This document shows positions 63,358 to 64,000 of a stretch of 64,000 nucleotides of DNA, in pieces; position 1 is the first letter of the stretch; each line of letters begins with the position of its first letter. Below the pieces are notes generated by a model that saw only the letters and a list, made by a program, of their open reading frames with translations, did no database searches and had not been told where the DNA came from. This DNA is from Nitrosopumilus sp. (GTDB lineage Archaea > Thermoproteota > Nitrososphaeria > Nitrososphaerales > Nitrosopumilaceae), in NCBI GenBank assembly GCA_963667665.2, contig OY763927.2, positions 320,001 through 384,000 of the forward strand. The letters are read 5' to 3'. The position numbers and the translations under genes are program-made.

Positions 63358-63573
63358 TACGGCAAAATAATTTGGCACAGGAACTCCGTGAGACAATATC
63401 TTCCAAATCGGTGGAATCCAGAAGATATTGCCCCTCTATGTCAATTATACCGATATACTATTCCTAATCCTTTCCAACTAAAAAATATTCAGATGATTAA
63501 TTTTCATATTATATGCTACAAGAATTCCATACTTTCAGTGTAAGACATGGAATAGTTATCTGTGTTTTACAGA

Positions 63574-63906
63574 TCATTTTTTTTCATATTCAATTTCATA
63601 TAAGATTAGACCTGATGTAAAAGAAGTTAGATTATGTGCCATGTTAGATGCATCTCTCAAAAGTTCATGACCAATATTTTCTGTTGCGTGTTGAATACGA
63701 TTTCTTACATCAACGACAGCATTAACATAAGGTTCACGTCTTTCTTTGTCTTTAAGATATTCTAGCTGCTCAAAGATTTTTCCCAGTTGCTTTCTAGCAC
63801 TAATATTATTTCCTTGCACTCGAAATTTCTCAACAAAATTCTTTTCATCACTATCTAGTTTCTTTAGTAAATTATTGAAAAATGAAGTATAATCTTCATC
63901 AGACAT
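63574..63906 (-). CDS. Hypothetical protein (possible HEPN-like RNxxxH)
   Basis: ATG 63906; VRNRIQH motif. Confidence 0.5.
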   Translation of the reverse strand: MSDEDYTSFFNNLLKKLDSDEKNFVEKFRVQGNNISARKQLGKIFEQLEYLKDKERREPYVNAVVDVRNRIQHATENIGHELLRDASNMAHNLTSFTSGLILYEIEYEKK

Positions 63907-64000
63907 TAGTTTCTTTTTAAAATTATAATTATAATAAAACATTAATGATTGATATAGATTTTCAAATCTGTTAATTGGAGAAAGATTTTCCTTTATTTCA

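Overview
This is an AT-rich chromosome segment of an ammonia-oxidising archaeon (Nitrosopumilaceae-like). The assignment rests on the 16S-23S operon (no ITS tRNA, no linked 5S), the EF-1alpha/uS10/Rpo12 cluster, FBP aldolase/phosphatase, DnaJ-ferredoxin and a CFI-box-CTERM protein. Core genes are interrupted by three accessory regions. (1) A ~13-kb island (~11.3-24.5 kb) ends in a tyrosine recombinase. Three direct copies of an intergenic site (ATGTGATTAATTGRGCT) split it into modules: a GY[D/N]xx repeat protein; a J-like protein lacking HPD plus an Hsp70-HExxH protease fusion plus a 2H phosphoesterase, followed by HNH/MazG-like/RNase HIII-like genes; and WD40-Roc-COR plus TIR. (2) A 1.5-kb insert is flanked by an exact 14-bp direct repeat (25689-27209). 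(3) A variable region with a RelE-type toxin-antitoxin pair starts after the 23S gene. Manual reading also found unannotated small ORFs, notably two ~20-aa paralogues sharing PIRPSRR plus an acidic tail with synonymous codon differences. Several single-base lesions may be real or assembly errors. All family calls come from motif recognition by eye; no searches were run.
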